From positions 1 to 64,000 of the forward strand of contig CAYLJV010000003.1 in NCBI GenBank assembly GCA_964384105.1: 64,000 nucleotides of DNA. The letters are read 5' to 3'. The position numbers were made by a program, and so were the translations under genes. Below the pieces are notes generated by a model, which was not told where the DNA came from, made no database searches, and saw only the letters and a program-made list of their open reading frames with translations. Shown here piece after piece: positions 50,611 to 61,160 of the stretch; the first letter of the stretch is position 1, and the number at the start of each line of letters is the position of its first letter. The stretch is from Candidatus Hadarchaeota archaeon (GTDB lineage Archaea > Hadarchaeota > Hadarchaeia > Hadarchaeales > JAGGTB01).

Positions 50611-50859
50611 TTAGTCTCCTGTTTTGTTTTGTGATCTCGACTTTTCATTTTTTCTTTTTGATTCCAAATCCAATTTCTAAAGGGGGATAAAATTAGCTCC
50701 TTATCCTTATTTTTCCTTAATAAAACCCCTTTTTTTCGATAGATTAAAAAGTAACCCCTAGTATGATTTTTGGAGGCAAATTAACTGGTTTGTCTTTCAC
50801 ATGTTTCCAGTATCCGTTGATATACGCGGTTGTTGGAACCGATTTGGAGGTGAGATCTC

Positions 50860-51309
50860 ATGAAACTAAGAAAAGGTCTTGATTTAGGCGAGTCTGGTCA
50901 GGAGCCAACGGTCATGAAAATATTGGTTGGTATCATACTTGTTGCAATAGGATTGGGAATAGGGGTTACTGTATACCAAAAATTTGGTGGTGCTGCTACA
51001 GAGTATCTGGACTATGATGTGACGGTTACACCTGAGGCGGCTACTGCCTCTATAGGTGAAAGTGAAATCGTTGAAGTTGATGTTAGAACTAATGTCGGTT
51101 TTGAGGAAGAGGTCAATCTGAATGCCACCGGAATCCCGAAAAATGTCCAAGTGAATTTTAATCCATCCGATGGAATTCCCAGTTTTGGTTCAACCATGAA
51201 TGTCAATTTGTTAGAAGGAGCTCCTTTGGGGACCCATACGATAACGATCAAAGCCGATTCAGGCGACATGGAGAAGACAGCGACCTATAGTCTAACGATT
51301 GAAGAGTGA
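50860..51309 (+). CDS. Pilin-like protein with class III signal peptide and Ig-like domain
   Basis: ...GESG/QEPTVMKILVGIILVAIGLGIG; GGAGGTGA RBS; beta-rich C-domain. Confidence 0.6.
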   Translation: MKLRKGLDLGESGQEPTVMKILVGIILVAIGLGIGVTVYQKFGGAATEYLDYDVTVTPEAATASIGESEIVEVDVRTNVGFEEEVNLNATGIPKNVQVNFNPSDGIPSFGSTMNVNLLEGAPLGTHTITIKADSGDMEKTATYSLTIEE

Positions 51310-51674
51310 TTCTTGTGTATTCTATGAAAATGCTCGGCTTAGTGGTTCTTGCTACAACTTGTTTGGTGGCTTTTCTGGGGGGGCACGAGTACTTTCAAAA
51401 CCTTTCCGCTTCTCAAAGACTCAGAAATGAAGCTTATGAAATAAATGAAGATATTGAGCACGTAATAATAACAGGCGGGAGTAGAACAGTAGAGGTGAAT
51501 ATACCCAGAGGGTTTACTCTGAATTTTAAATCAAACAAATTGGTAACCTCTGAAGTTAGTATTCCTGAAAACGGGTATGATATGGAAGTTGTGGGGCCAA
51601 AGATTGGATTCGGGAAACATTCTTTGAGAATTTTCATTGAAAACGGTACTGTAAAAGTGAGTGAGATCGACTGA
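51306..51674 (+). CDS. Pilin-like hypothetical protein
   Basis: N-terminal TM, helix, then GGSRTVEVNIP; coupled to neighbours. Confidence 0.55.
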   Translation: MILVYSMKMLGLVVLATTCLVAFLGGHEYFQNLSASQRLRNEAYEINEDIEHVIITGGSRTVEVNIPRGFTLNFKSNKLVTSEVSIPENGYDMEVVGPKIGFGKHSLRIFIENGTVKVSEID

Positions 51675-52111
51675 TGGACATAACTAGGATACTTCGCGTT
51701 CTCTTAACTATAATTTTGGTAGTCTCTTTCATTGGAGTCACGATTGTCGCTTATCGGCAAAATCAGGATGTTAAGGCGATGGCCTACCTTTCTGATGCAA
51801 CTACTAGTATTGCAACAAAATTAACTTCAGAAAAGTTGGCTTGGAATGATGAAGAGGATGTTCTTCATCCATTTGTGCTGGACTCTGATAAGCTAGATAA
51901 TCTGAACTATGCTATGATTGTGGCTGGAGAGAACTTCGTTTTTCAGGTACAAATAATATATTTGAAAAATGGTTCCGAGGAAGTGATCGAAAATTTTGGT
52001 AAAAGCGTTCCATCAGACGAGACCACATGTGCTCTTTCTTTACCCGCGACACTCTACAGGAGGGGTTTAATAGTACCTGCGAAATTGAAGGTGATAAGTT
52101 GGAGGGGCTAA
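51674..52111 (+). CDS. Pilin-like hypothetical protein
   Basis: N-terminal TM; ends PAKLKVISW, a strand pattern typical of archaeal minor pilin-like proteins. Confidence 0.55.
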   Translation: MDITRILRVLLTIILVVSFIGVTIVAYRQNQDVKAMAYLSDATTSIATKLTSEKLAWNDEEDVLHPFVLDSDKLDNLNYAMIVAGENFVFQVQIIYLKNGSEEVIENFGKSVPSDETTCALSLPATLYRRGLIVPAKLKVISWRG

Positions 52112-52581
52112 ATGAGTCCGGTGTTTCAGATTTAGTGGTAGTTGCTGTAATGTTCATTCTGTTGATACTCTCTTCTACGTTTCTTCTTGGATTCGAGTTT
52201 GGCGGTCTTGAAACTGCGGCAGATAGGCAGATGGAAGCAAAGGTGAGTCACTTTCATAGAACTTTGGAACGGTCGGAAGTAAGACCGGGTATCACCTGTC
52301 TAGAGGCCATCGCCGAGCAGTTGGTCTTGGAAAAACCTAGAGTCAAGGAGGAATATCTTAGATCTTGGTTGGAAAACACAATGAAGTTTTTGGTTCCTAA
52401 TAATCACGGAGTTGAAATTATAATGCGCTGGCGTGAAGCTATTTGGGAAGAGAATTATCGCAAAAGCGAGCAAAGAGGTGAGAATTTTCTACGTGAGGGG
52501 ACGGTTCTACTTATTGCGAGTGGTGGGGAATTGGTCAGCGTGAACTTTAAAGTAAGGGTTTTCGAGATTTTTGATCAATAA
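52099..52581 (+). CDS. Pilin-like protein with class III-like signal
   Basis: GGTGA RBS then TTG 52099, in frame with ORF 52027: MEGLNESG/VSDLVVVAVMFILL. Confidence 0.55.
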   Translation: MEGLNESGVSDLVVVAVMFILLILSSTFLLGFEFGGLETAADRQMEAKVSHFHRTLERSEVRPGITCLEAIAEQLVLEKPRVKEEYLRSWLENTMKFLVPNNHGVEIIMRWREAIWEENYRKSEQRGENFLREGTVLLIASGGELVSVNFKVRVFEIFDQ

Positions 52582-52691
52582 TTTCCTTAATAATCGGTCT
52601 GGGGATGTTTTCTTCCGGTTAGCTTTTAATGTTTAAAAATGTTTTATGTGTTTAGAAAAATAGGTATAGAGAAACCCCAAATGCAAGGTAA

Positions 52692-53561
52692 TTGATCGTG
52701 AAAAATACAAAAAAATATTCAGATTTTACAGTTCTACTTCCATTGTCTTTGCTATCTGACTCCGGCAGTTTAAAGGATAAAACGCTTAAAATTGGCCAAA
52801 TTGGGAGGTCTTTAGCTATTTTTTGTGTAAATAGAGTTTTTGTTTATGATGATGAGGATCCTAATGTTAAGAATAAGGAGAAAGAATGGAAGATAATATC
52901 TACCCTCCTTGAATATATGGAAACTCCTCAGTACTTGAGAAAAGATATCTTTCCCTATATGGATGAATTGAAAAATGCTGGTCTTTTACCCCCTCTCAGG
53001 ACGCCTCACCACCCACTACAAGATGAACGTAACGAAGTTGGTGATTTTAGAGAGGGAGTAGTCTCCCAGGTAAAGAATGAAAAGTCTTACGTAAAAATGG
53101 GTTTGTCAGAAAAAGGAGTTGTTGAAGGAGAGGTGAAGGAGGGGGAGCGTTTGACGGTTCAGTTGGGTGAAAAGTTAAGTAATGGGAACAGAATTGTTTA
53201 TCCAGCAGATAGAGAGGACGTTGGAGATTACTGGGGTTACGAAGTCTTTAAATTGGATGATCTCTCCCAGATTTTAAGTAAAGAAAGCGCCGACTACTGT
53301 GTAGGAACCTCCAGATATGGCCAAAATTTATATGAGGTCGTAGACCGGATAAAGACTGATAGTGGGAATACTGTGATGGTCGCTTTCGGAGGGCCTTACC
53401 AGGGTCTCTTCGAGATTTGCGACAGACAGGGAGTCAATGCCGATAACCTGTTTGATGTCATGGTTAATACCATCCCAAATCAAGGTACTGAGACGGTGCG
53501 GGCGGAAGAAGCCCTCATAGGGACCCTCGCGGTCCTTAATATCCTGCTCAGGAGGAAATAG
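52692..53561 (+). CDS. SPOUT-class RNA methyltransferase (DUF171/C9orf114-like)
   Basis: LEYMETPQYLRK, GLLPPLRTPHH, NTIPNQGTETVRAEEA; conserved position before rpl3. Confidence 0.92.
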   Translation: MIVKNTKKYSDFTVLLPLSLLSDSGSLKDKTLKIGQIGRSLAIFCVNRVFVYDDEDPNVKNKEKEWKIISTLLEYMETPQYLRKDIFPYMDELKNAGLLPPLRTPHHPLQDERNEVGDFREGVVSQVKNEKSYVKMGLSEKGVVEGEVKEGERLTVQLGEKLSNGNRIVYPADREDVGDYWGYEVFKLDDLSQILSKESADYCVGTSRYGQNLYEVVDRIKTDSGNTVMVAFGGPYQGLFEICDRQGVNADNLFDVMVNTIPNQGTETVRAEEALIGTLAVLNILLRRK

Positions 53562-53564
53562 AAA

Positions 53565-54572
53565 ATGCCCAAGAAAAATAGACCACGAAAAGGCTCACTG
53601 GCCCACGCGCCCAGGAAGCGAGCCGGTAAATCCAAGCCTAGAGTTAGGGCTTGGCCGGAAGAAAGTGAAATAAGACTACTTGGATTTGCGGGGTACAAGG
53701 CGGGGATGACACATGTTTTCATGATTGACGATCATTCTGGGAGGCCGACTCACGGCCAGGAGGTAAACGTACCAGTTACGGTTTTGGAAGTTCCCCCAAT
53801 GAGAACTTGTGCAATTAGAGTTTATGGTGAAGACCTAGAGGGGGAGAAAGTTTTGACTGAAGCTTGGGATGAGGATCTTTCTAAAGATCTTGAGAGAAAA
53901 ATAAGTATTTCTCAGGATTACGATCAAGATAAGGCTTTTGAAAAGGCTCAGACTCTTTTTGATAATGGGAAAGCAGAGGAAATCTCTATGTTGGTTCATA
54001 CACAGCCAAAGTTGGGCTCTGTTCCAAAGAAAAAACCTGAAATATTCGAGGTCCACGTTGGGGGAAATTCAATAGAGGAAAAATGGGAAAAATCTAAAGA
54101 GATGTTGGGCAAGGAAATCAAAATTTCTGAGACATTTGGAGAAGGAGAGTATGCAGATGTCTTTGCGATTACAAAAGGTAAGGGTTTTGAAGGTCCGGTT
54201 CAGAGATGGGGGGTTAGAGTTCAGACCCGTAAAGTGCAGAAGGCCAGACGACACACAGGAGTCCTAGGGCCCTGGAGACCAAGCAGAATAATGCGTTCAG
54301 TTCCTATGTCTGGTCAGTCCGGCTATCATCAAAGGATGGAATATAATAAACGAATATTGAAAATAGGGGAGGATGGAAGTGAGGTAACTCCTAATGGGGG
54401 ATTCTTGCGCTATGGAGAAATAAAAAGTGATTATGCTATTATAAAAGGATCAGTTCCTGGCCCAACAAAAAGAATGATATTCCTACGCAGACCTATGAGG
54501 GAGAAAGAAGGTGCGCCGTCTACTCCTCCAGATATAACTTTAATAGATACTAGTTCGCAACAGGGTGGTTAA
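53565..54572 (+). CDS. rpl3: 50S ribosomal protein L3
   Basis: RPRKGSL, GFAGYKAGMTH, TKGKGFEG. Confidence 0.98.
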   Translation: MPKKNRPRKGSLAHAPRKRAGKSKPRVRAWPEESEIRLLGFAGYKAGMTHVFMIDDHSGRPTHGQEVNVPVTVLEVPPMRTCAIRVYGEDLEGEKVLTEAWDEDLSKDLERKISISQDYDQDKAFEKAQTLFDNGKAEEISMLVHTQPKLGSVPKKKPEIFEVHVGGNSIEEKWEKSKEMLGKEIKISETFGEGEYADVFAITKGKGFEGPVQRWGVRVQTRKVQKARRHTGVLGPWRPSRIMRSVPMSGQSGYHQRMEYNKRILKIGEDGSEVTPNGGFLRYGEIKSDYAIIKGSVPGPTKRMIFLRRPMREKEGAPSTPPDITLIDTSSQQGG

Positions 54573-55356
54573 AATTAAAGTGAATGTTTTGTCTTTGGAT
54601 GGAGAAGCGAAAAGCAAGGTAGATCTTCCGGAGGTCTTTGACTTAGAGATCAGACCTAGTATTATTAAAAAGGCTGTGCACTCTGCCCAGAGCAGACGGA
54701 TTCAGCCAAAAGGACCTAACCCCAGAGCAGGCATGGATACTACGGCCGAGACCCCTCCGAAAGGTTCGGGAGCTACTCGAGTGAGAAGAGTAAAAGGGAG
54801 AGGATACCACGCTGCAGGTAGAGGGGCTTGGGCTCCGTTTACTCCTGGTGGTAGGGCAGCTCACCCTCTGAAGCCGGAGGAAGTGACTAAAGAAAATATA
54901 AACAAGAGGGAGAAGAATATCGCTATTTCCTCTGCAATTTCTGCTACTAAAAATAGGGAAGTTGTTTACTCTAGAGGTCATAAGATTGAGGAGGTTGAGA
55001 GTTTACCAATAGTTGTTGATGATGAATTTGAAAATATTAAGAAGACTCGAGAAGCAAAAGAGGTCTTGGAGAAAATTGGGGTCTGGAGTGACGTCGAGAG
55101 AGTCAAAAATGGGAAAAAGATTAGATCTGGAAGAGGAAAATCAAGAGGTCGAAAATACCGAAATAAGGTTGGCCCCCTGATAATTGTAGGGGAAGATAAA
55201 GGGATAGTTAGGGGTGCCAGAAATATTCCTGGTGTTGATATTGTTTTGGCAGATGATCTGAATGCGGAATTTTTGGCTCCTGGTGGTGTTCCAGGGCGTC
55301 TAACTATTTGGACAGAGTCCGCGATAAGTAAAATTAATAAGAGGTTTTCAAATTGA
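54565..55356 (+). CDS. rpl4: 50S ribosomal protein L4
   Basis: [28 protein letters not shown]. Confidence 0.97.
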   Translation: MVKIKVNVLSLDGEAKSKVDLPEVFDLEIRPSIIKKAVHSAQSRRIQPKGPNPRAGMDTTAETPPKGSGATRVRRVKGRGYHAAGRGAWAPFTPGGRAAHPLKPEEVTKENINKREKNIAISSAISATKNREVVYSRGHKIEEVESLPIVVDDEFENIKKTREAKEVLEKIGVWSDVERVKNGKKIRSGRGKSRGRKYRNKVGPLIIVGEDKGIVRGARNIPGVDIVLADDLNAEFLAPGGVPGRLTIWTESAISKINKRFSN

Positions 55357-55616
55357 AAAGTCCACATGAGGTAATAGTTCATCCGAAAGTCACGGAAAAG
55401 GCAGTTCGACTTATTGAGGAAGAGAATAAGTTGGAATTCATTGTTACGCTGGACTCCAACAAAAAGGAAATTAAAAAAGCTGTGGAAGCTTTATTTGATG
55501 TGAAAGTCGAAAGTGTAAATACACAAATCACGTCAGCTGCTGAAAAACGGGCTTTCGTTAAACTGTCTCCAGATTACAATGCTGACGAAATTGCAGCTAG
55601 ATTAGGAGTGTTCTAA
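55353..55616 (+). CDS. rpl23: 50S ribosomal protein L23
   Basis: [22 protein letters not shown]. Confidence 0.97.
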   Translation: MKSPHEVIVHPKVTEKAVRLIEEENKLEFIVTLDSNKKEIKKAVEALFDVKVESVNTQITSAAEKRAFVKLSPDYNADEIAARLGVF

Positions 55617-55617
55617 A

Positions 55618-56325
55618 ATGGGAAAGAGATTAAGAGTTCAGAGGTCGGGAAGAGGCACACCCACCTACAGAGCGAGGACTACAAAGCTGAAGGGAGCGGT
55701 AGAACTACCTTCAGGGCGTAAGGAGACTAAGGCAAAAGTAGTAGATATAATCCATGATCCGGGTAGAAGTGCTCCTGTGGCTAGGATAAGGTATCCAAAT
55801 GATGAAGAGAGGCTTATTCTTGCTCCGGAAGGACTCAAGGTGGGTGATGAGATCGAATGTGGGATTTCTGCTTCCATAAAACCAGGTAATGTACTTCCGC
55901 TCTCTGAAATACCAGAGGGAGCTCCCGTGTATAATATCGAATCACAGCCCGGAAAAGGAGGCGAATTTGCGAGGGCCTCTGGAACCAATGCGACTCTAAT
56001 GACTCATGATGTTGGGCAAGCGATAGTCCAGCTTCCTTCTGGAGAGATAAGATCATTTAATCCTAACTGCAGAGCCACTATCGGTATTGTAGCCGGCGGT
56101 GGCAGAAAAGAGAAACCTTTTGTTAAAGCAGGTAAGAGACATCTAGCGATGAAAGGTAGAGGAAAATTGTATCCCAGGGTCTCAGGTGTTGCTATGAATG
56201 TAGTGGACCATCCATTTGGAAGTGGTAGAGGTAGACATGTTGGTAGACCAAGAACCGTGGGGAGAGATGCGCCTCCCGGACAGAAAGTTGGATTAATAAG
56301 AGCCAGAAGGACGGGAAAGAGGTGA
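55618..56325 (+). CDS. rpl2: 50S ribosomal protein L2
   Basis: HDPGRSAP, GVAMNVVDHPFG. Confidence 0.98.
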   Translation: MGKRLRVQRSGRGTPTYRARTTKLKGAVELPSGRKETKAKVVDIIHDPGRSAPVARIRYPNDEERLILAPEGLKVGDEIECGISASIKPGNVLPLSEIPEGAPVYNIESQPGKGGEFARASGTNATLMTHDVGQAIVQLPSGEIRSFNPNCRATIGIVAGGGRKEKPFVKAGKRHLAMKGRGKLYPRVSGVAMNVVDHPFGSGRGRHVGRPRTVGRDAPPGQKVGLIRARRTGKR

Positions 56326-56330
56326 TCTGA

Positions 56331-56732
56331 TTGCCAAAACAGTTTTTATTTAGGGGTCATGATATCGAGGAGCTCAAAGAGATGTCCTTGGAAGAGTTTG
56401 CGGAATTACTTCCTGCAAAGGAGAGACGAGTGATTAGAAGAGGGTTCTCTTCAAGACAAAGGAAAGTATTGGAGAGAGTTAGAGAAGTTAAGAAAAAAGA
56501 GAATCCTAAGGAAGATTTTATTAGAACTCATTGTCGGGATATGATTATACTTCCTGAGATGGTTGGCTTACGATTTGGGGTCTACAATGGGGCGGAATTT
56601 GTTCCTGTTGAAATAACCCCTGAAATGGTAGGTCATAGGTTGGGGGAATTTGCACTTACCAGAAAGAAAGTACAACATAGCACTCCTGGAATCGGTGCCA
56701 CAAGAAGTTCGTTGTATGTACCATTGAAGTGA
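56331..56732 (+). CDS. rps19: 30S ribosomal protein S19
   Basis: [23 protein letters not shown]. Confidence 0.98.
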   Translation: MPKQFLFRGHDIEELKEMSLEEFAELLPAKERRVIRRGFSSRQRKVLERVREVKKKENPKEDFIRTHCRDMIILPEMVGLRFGVYNGAEFVPVEITPEMVGHRLGEFALTRKKVQHSTPGIGATRSSLYVPLK

Positions 56733-56736
56733 TAAA

Positions 56737-57195
56737 ATGTCAGAATACGGTTATTCGATAGAAGAAGTGGATGACAGGGTATGTGCGAAGGCAATGGGGA
56801 AAGAGCTCCATATCTCGCCAAAAGATTCTCAGGAAATCTGTAAGGAAATCAAAGGGATGAAGCTGGAGAAAGCTCAGGAGTATCTAAAGGCCGTTGCTAG
56901 GAAAGATAAGCCCGTTCCTTATTCTAGACATGGTAAGAAAAGAGCCCATAGAAAAGGAAATATGGATTCGGGAGCATTTCCCGTGAAAGCAGCTCGAGCT
57001 GTTTTAGATGTTTTGGAAAATGTAGAGGCTAATGCAGAATATAAGGGCCTGATTTTTGAGAAACTTAGAATAATTCACGCTAGCGCAAATAAGGGTATTG
57101 TATATCCAGGTTTTCAGTCTAGAGCTTTTGGGAGGGCCACACCTTCAAATAAGCCAACTACTAACGTAGAGATAGTCGTTAAGGAGATGGGATAA
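56737..57195 (+). CDS. rpl22: 50S ribosomal protein L22
   Basis: ISPKDS.EIC, FPVKAA, RAFGRA. Confidence 0.97.
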   Translation: MSEYGYSIEEVDDRVCAKAMGKELHISPKDSQEICKEIKGMKLEKAQEYLKAVARKDKPVPYSRHGKKRAHRKGNMDSGAFPVKAARAVLDVLENVEANAEYKGLIFEKLRIIHASANKGIVYPGFQSRAFGRATPSNKPTTNVEIVVKEMG

Positions 57196-57881
57196 TGTCA
57201 ATAGAAAAAATATTCATTAAGAAAAGTTTTAGTCGGGCGAGACTCGAGGAATTTCTTGAGAACGAGCTAGAAGAAGCGGGCTATGGCGGGTCTGACTTAA
57301 ATAGAACTCCAATGGGAACAAGGATAACGATCTACGCAGAAAGACCCGGTGTGGTTATAGGTAGAGGAGGTAAGAGTGTACGTGGTCTTACGGATAAGCT
57401 TGAAACTGAGTTTGGAATAGAAAATCCCCAAATAGAAGTTTCTGAGGTTGAGGTTCCCGAGTATAATGCTAAGATTATGGCAAATAGAATAGCTTTCTTA
57501 TTGTCCCGTGGAATGTACTTTAGACGGGTTGGATATAGTGCTCTACAAAGAATAATGGACGCGGGAGCTTTAGGGGTCGAAATAATTATTTCAGGCAAGT
57601 TGACCGGTGATTATGCGAGAGAGGAGCGATTCTATGAAGGTTATCTTAAAAAAGCGGGAGATTTTGCTGAGAGATACGTGAGTGATGGAAAGGCGGTTGC
57701 TAGTCTTCCTGCTGGGACTGTCGGAGTAAGAGTTAAAATAATGCCTCCAGGTGTAGAGATTCCAGGTGGTGCCGATGTAAAAAAGAAGGCGGAGAAGAAG
57801 GAATCCGAGGTCAAGAAGATTGAAAGCGAACCAGACACTTCTGAAGTTGAAGAGAAAATCAAGGTTGAGGAGAAGGAGTAA
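57195..57881 (+). CDS. rps3: 30S ribosomal protein S3
   Basis: RTPMGT, PGVVIGRGG, GVEIIISGKL. Confidence 0.97.
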   Translation: MSIEKIFIKKSFSRARLEEFLENELEEAGYGGSDLNRTPMGTRITIYAERPGVVIGRGGKSVRGLTDKLETEFGIENPQIEVSEVEVPEYNAKIMANRIAFLLSRGMYFRRVGYSALQRIMDAGALGVEIIISGKLTGDYAREERFYEGYLKKAGDFAERYVSDGKAVASLPAGTVGVRVKIMPPGVEIPGGADVKKKAEKKESEVKKIESEPDTSEVEEKIKVEEKE

Positions 57882-57886
57882 TCAGA

Positions 57887-58105
57887 ATGGCAATATTGAA
57901 ACCTAACGAAATTAGAGATATGAATATCGAGGAGATGAGAGTTAAACTAGCAGAGCTTAGAACTGAGCTTGCCAGAGAGAAGGCGGTAGCTGCAGCAGGT
58001 GGTTCTCTCGAGAATCCAGGTAGAGTACAAGAGTTGAGAAAGACAATTGCAAGACTTTTGACTATTATGAATGAAACTCAAAAAAGTGAGGAGGGAGGTG
58101 GATAG
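57887..58105 (+). CDS. rpl29: 50S ribosomal protein L29
   Basis: ENPGRVQELRKTIARLLT. Confidence 0.97.
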   Translation: MAILKPNEIRDMNIEEMRVKLAELRTELAREKAVAAAGGSLENPGRVQELRKTIARLLTIMNETQKSEEGGG

Positions 58106-58111
58106 GGCCGA

Positions 58112-58420
58112 ATGCCGGAAATATGCCCGACCTGTGGGTTACCTAAGGAGATCTGCGCTTGCGAAGAAATAGCTCAAGAGCAACAAAGAATAAGAGTGTT
58201 TTCTCAGAAGCGAACTTTCGGTAAATTTGTGACGGTTATCGAAGGTTTGGATGAAGAAAGAGTTGACCTCGGTGAAGTGGCAAGTAAGTTGAAAAAGAAT
58301 CTTGCTTGTGGCGGTACGGTTAAAAATGGAAAAATTGAACTCCAAGGTAATCATGAATCTCGGGTTAAGGATATGCTTGTTAGTATGGGTTTCTCATCGG
58401 ATATGATAGAAGTGGAGTAG
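58112..58420 (+). CDS. sui1: Translation initiation factor SUI1 (aIF1)
   Basis: CPTCGLP..ICACE, LACGGTVK, IELQGNH. Confidence 0.96.
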   Translation: MPEICPTCGLPKEICACEEIAQEQQRIRVFSQKRTFGKFVTVIEGLDEERVDLGEVASKLKKNLACGGTVKNGKIELQGNHESRVKDMLVSMGFSSDMIEVE

Positions 58421-58427
58421 ATCAGAC

Positions 58428-58700
58428 ATGTCGATGAATATTAGGAATGTTTTACAGCACGAACTTATAGGTTTGGAAGTAGAAGTAACGGAAAGCACTA
58501 ATCTGTACTTGGAAGGAAAGAAGGGAATTATTATGGATGAAACTCGTAATACCTTGACTATTAAAGAGGAGGGAGAATTGAAGATGCTTCCGAAAAAGGA
58601 AATCGTCTTTTCGGTTAAAACTCCTGAGGGGGAAAAGGTAAAAGTAAAAGGAAGAAAAATAGTAGCCCGTCCTGAAGATAGAACCAAAAAATTAGGTTGA
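58428..58700 (+). CDS. rnp1: Ribonuclease P protein component 1 (Rpp29)
   Basis: HELIGL, DETRNTL, RPEDR. Confidence 0.95.
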   Translation: MSMNIRNVLQHELIGLEVEVTESTNLYLEGKKGIIMDETRNTLTIKEEGELKMLPKKEIVFSVKTPEGEKVKVKGRKIVARPEDRTKKLG

Positions 58701-58704
58701 TATT

Positions 58705-59025
58705 ATGATTGATCAAAGTATAAAACCACCAAAGGAAAAATGTGAGGACAAAAACTGTCCATTTCATGGAGATATTTCTGTTAGAGGGCAGATTTTGGTA
58801 GGAAACGTAGTTAGTGCTAAAATGGACCGGACTGTGGTAGTTGAAAGGAGTTACGCCGAGAAAGTACCTAAATATGAGAGATATGAAAGAAGATCTTCTC
58901 GTGTCCATGCCCATAATCCTCCTTGCATAAATGCTCGCGAAGGAGATCAGGTCAAAATAGGAGAGACCCGAAAATTGAGCAAACAAAAATCTTTCGTGGT
59001 TTTAGAGAAGAAGGTTGGTGATTAA
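58705..59025 (+). CDS. rps17: 30S ribosomal protein S17
   Basis: [23 protein letters not shown]. Confidence 0.97.
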   Translation: MIDQSIKPPKEKCEDKNCPFHGDISVRGQILVGNVVSAKMDRTVVVERSYAEKVPKYERYERRSSRVHAHNPPCINAREGDQVKIGETRKLSKQKSFVVLEKKVGD

Positions 59026-59443
59026 TTTGCCAAAAGCGGCCACTGGTGGAGTTTCAACGGTTGTTCCAACTAAGACATTGGCACAAGGGACGAGATTAGA
59101 GTGTACGGATAATACAGGGGCCAAACAGTTGGGCATAATTTCCGTGATTGGGTACAAAGGGACCCGAAGACGAATGCCAAAGGCGGGAGTGGGGGATATG
59201 GTTGTTGCCTCTGTTAAGAAGGGAAGACCGGAATTGAGGAAGCAGATAGTTCATGGTATTATAGTCAGACAAAGAAAGGAATATAGACGTTCGAATGGAA
59301 TGAGAATTAAGTTTGAAGACAATGCAGCTGTTTTGACTAGCCCAGAAGGAGAGCCTCAAGGCTCTGAGATTAGGGGTCCTATGGCTAGAGAAGCTGTCGA
59401 AAAGTGGCCTCAATTGGCGGGTATGGCGTCTATAATAGTTTAA
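59015..59443 (+). CDS. rpl14: 50S ribosomal protein L14
   Basis: DNTGAK, AGVGD, FEDNAAV; start may be TTG 59027. Confidence 0.97.
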   Translation: MVINLPKAATGGVSTVVPTKTLAQGTRLECTDNTGAKQLGIISVIGYKGTRRRMPKAGVGDMVVASVKKGRPELRKQIVHGIIVRQRKEYRRSNGMRIKFEDNAAVLTSPEGEPQGSEIRGPMAREAVEKWPQLAGMASIIV

Positions 59444-59444
59444 G

Positions 59445-59873
59445 GTGGTAAAGATGAAGGATAATAGTTCTAAAAGTATTCAAAAGAGAAGAAAGGCTAT
59501 GGCTGCTCCTCTAAGCGACGATTTGAAGAAGAAGTATGGTTTTCGTTCGCTTACTGTTAGAAGTGGAGATAAAGTGAGAGTGCTTCGCGGTGATTTTGTT
59601 GGAGTGGAAGGCGAAGTTTCTGAAGTTGATACTGACCGCGAAAGAATATTAGTTGAAGGTGTAGAAACGGCTACAGCTGATGAGATGGAAGTGTCTTCTC
59701 CGATCCATCCGTCGAATGTCGAGATAACCAAGCTTGAAAAAGATAAAATGAGAGATAAAATTATAGAAAGGAGGTCTGAATATGGCAAAGAAAGGCGAGA
59801 AAGGATATCTGAAGAGATTGAACATTCCGAAGACTTGGAAGATGCCGAAAAAGAAGAAGAGATGGGCAGTTAG
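59445..59873 (+). CDS. rpl24: 50S ribosomal protein L24
   Basis: APLS..LKKKYG, GDKVRVLRGD, PIHPSNV. Confidence 0.95.
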   Translation: MVKMKDNSSKSIQKRRKAMAAPLSDDLKKKYGFRSLTVRSGDKVRVLRGDFVGVEGEVSEVDTDRERILVEGVETATADEMEVSSPIHPSNVEITKLEKDKMRDKIIERRSEYGKERRERISEEIEHSEDLEDAEKEEEMGS

Positions 59874-60510
59874 GCCATCACCCGGCCCTCATCCAAAAAA
59901 GGAGTCTATCCCTCTAGCTGTCGCTTTGAGAGAAAGTCTTAGGTTTTCCCGGACTAAAAAAGAAGCCGATAGGATAATAAGTAGTGGAATGGTGAAGGTA
60001 GACGGAAAGGCAAGAAGGGACTCGAGATATCCGATAGGATTTATGGACGTGCTCGAAATACCTAAGATCGGAAAGAGTTGGCGCGTGCTTTTCGATAAGA
60101 AAGGATATCTTCATTTCTGTGAGATTGAAAAGGATTCGAACTTCAAACTTGTAAAAGTAGTTGGTAAAAATCCTTTCAAAGGCGGTAAGATACAACTTTC
60201 GTTTAGTGATGGTAAGACTTTGGTCGGTGATTTCGATTCGATAAAAGTGGGGGATTCGGTAAAGATTAGTCTACTCGAAATTAATTTTGAAAGCAGTATT
60301 CCACTTGATAAAGGAAGTCTCGCGTTTATTACTGGTGGTAGCAACGTAGGTAAAAGAGGTAAGATAGAGGAAGTTTTAGAGTCTGGTGGGTCTTCAGAGG
60401 ACCACTTTTTGATTAAATCGGATAGTGAAGAGTTTCAGTCTCCAGAAAGATATGTCTTTGCGATTGGTACAGATGAGACTGAGATATTCCTTCCAGAGGT
60501 GGTCAAATGA
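59782..60510 (+). CDS. rps4e: 30S ribosomal protein S4e
   Basis: LKRL..PKTW, PSPGPH, YPIGFMDV, ITGGSNVG. Confidence 0.96.
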   Translation: MAKKGEKGYLKRLNIPKTWKMPKKKKRWAVRPSPGPHPKKESIPLAVALRESLRFSRTKKEADRIISSGMVKVDGKARRDSRYPIGFMDVLEIPKIGKSWRVLFDKKGYLHFCEIEKDSNFKLVKVVGKNPFKGGKIQLSFSDGKTLVGDFDSIKVGDSVKISLLEINFESSIPLDKGSLAFITGGSNVGKRGKIEEVLESGGSSEDHFLIKSDSEEFQSPERYVFAIGTDETEIFLPEVVK

Positions 60511-61013
60511 ATGAGATGAAGGAGATTAAAGTTGGAAAAGTTGTTCTTAATATAGGCGTTGGGCAGGGAGGAAAAGAACTGACAAATGCCGAGAAAGTGC
60601 TAGAGAAGATAACGGGTAAATCGCCGGTAAGAACCCAGGCAAAACAGACTAACCAAACTTTCGATCTCAGAGAAGGCACCCCTATAGGATGTAAAGTCAC
60701 TTTGAGAGATGAGGCTGCTGTTGAGAATCTCGAGAAGTTACTAGATGTGAAAGGTAAAGAGATTAAGAGGTCTTCTTTTGATAATTATGGTAATTTTTCC
60801 TTTGGGATTGATGAACATATTGAAATTCCAGATATGGATTATGATCCGAATGTGGGAATATTTGGGTTCGATGTCGCCGTAAGACTTGTAAGACCTGGAT
60901 TTAGAGTAAAGGAGCGCAGGAAAAGACCTAGTTCTATTCCGGATTCCCATCTGATTAATAAGGATGAGGCGATTGAGTTTGTAGAAGAAGAGTTTGGTGT
61001 TAAGGTGGTTTAA
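60507..61013 (+). CDS. rpl5: 50S ribosomal protein L5
   Basis: KVVLNIGVG, PIGCKVTLR, GNFSFGI. Confidence 0.97.
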   Translation: MNEMKEIKVGKVVLNIGVGQGGKELTNAEKVLEKITGKSPVRTQAKQTNQTFDLREGTPIGCKVTLRDEAAVENLEKLLDVKGKEIKRSSFDNYGNFSFGIDEHIEIPDMDYDPNVGIFGFDVAVRLVRPGFRVKERRKRPSSIPDSHLINKDEAIEFVEEEFGVKVV

Positions 61014-61160
61014 TTGGTTGAGGAAAAAGAAAAGAAAAAAGCAAATGAGTGCGAAAGATGTCATACTAGGGCCGCTGTCTACCAACAATATGGCCTTTAT
61101 CTATGCCGTAGATGCTTTCGAGAGGTCGCTCCGAAGATGGGATTTAAAAAATATGAGTAG
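61014..61160 (+). CDS. rps14: 30S ribosomal protein S14, zinc type (missed by the ORF track)
   Basis: Hand translation ...CERCHT...YGLYLCRRCFREVAPKMGFKKYE*; TTG start. Confidence 0.95.
   Translation: MVEEKEKKKANECERCHTRAAVYQQYGLYLCRRCFREVAPKMGFKKYE

Noticed and set aside
58112-58700. SUI1 and Rpp29 inside the ribosomal operon as a novelty
   Set aside because: Common arrangement in archaeal S10/spc clusters
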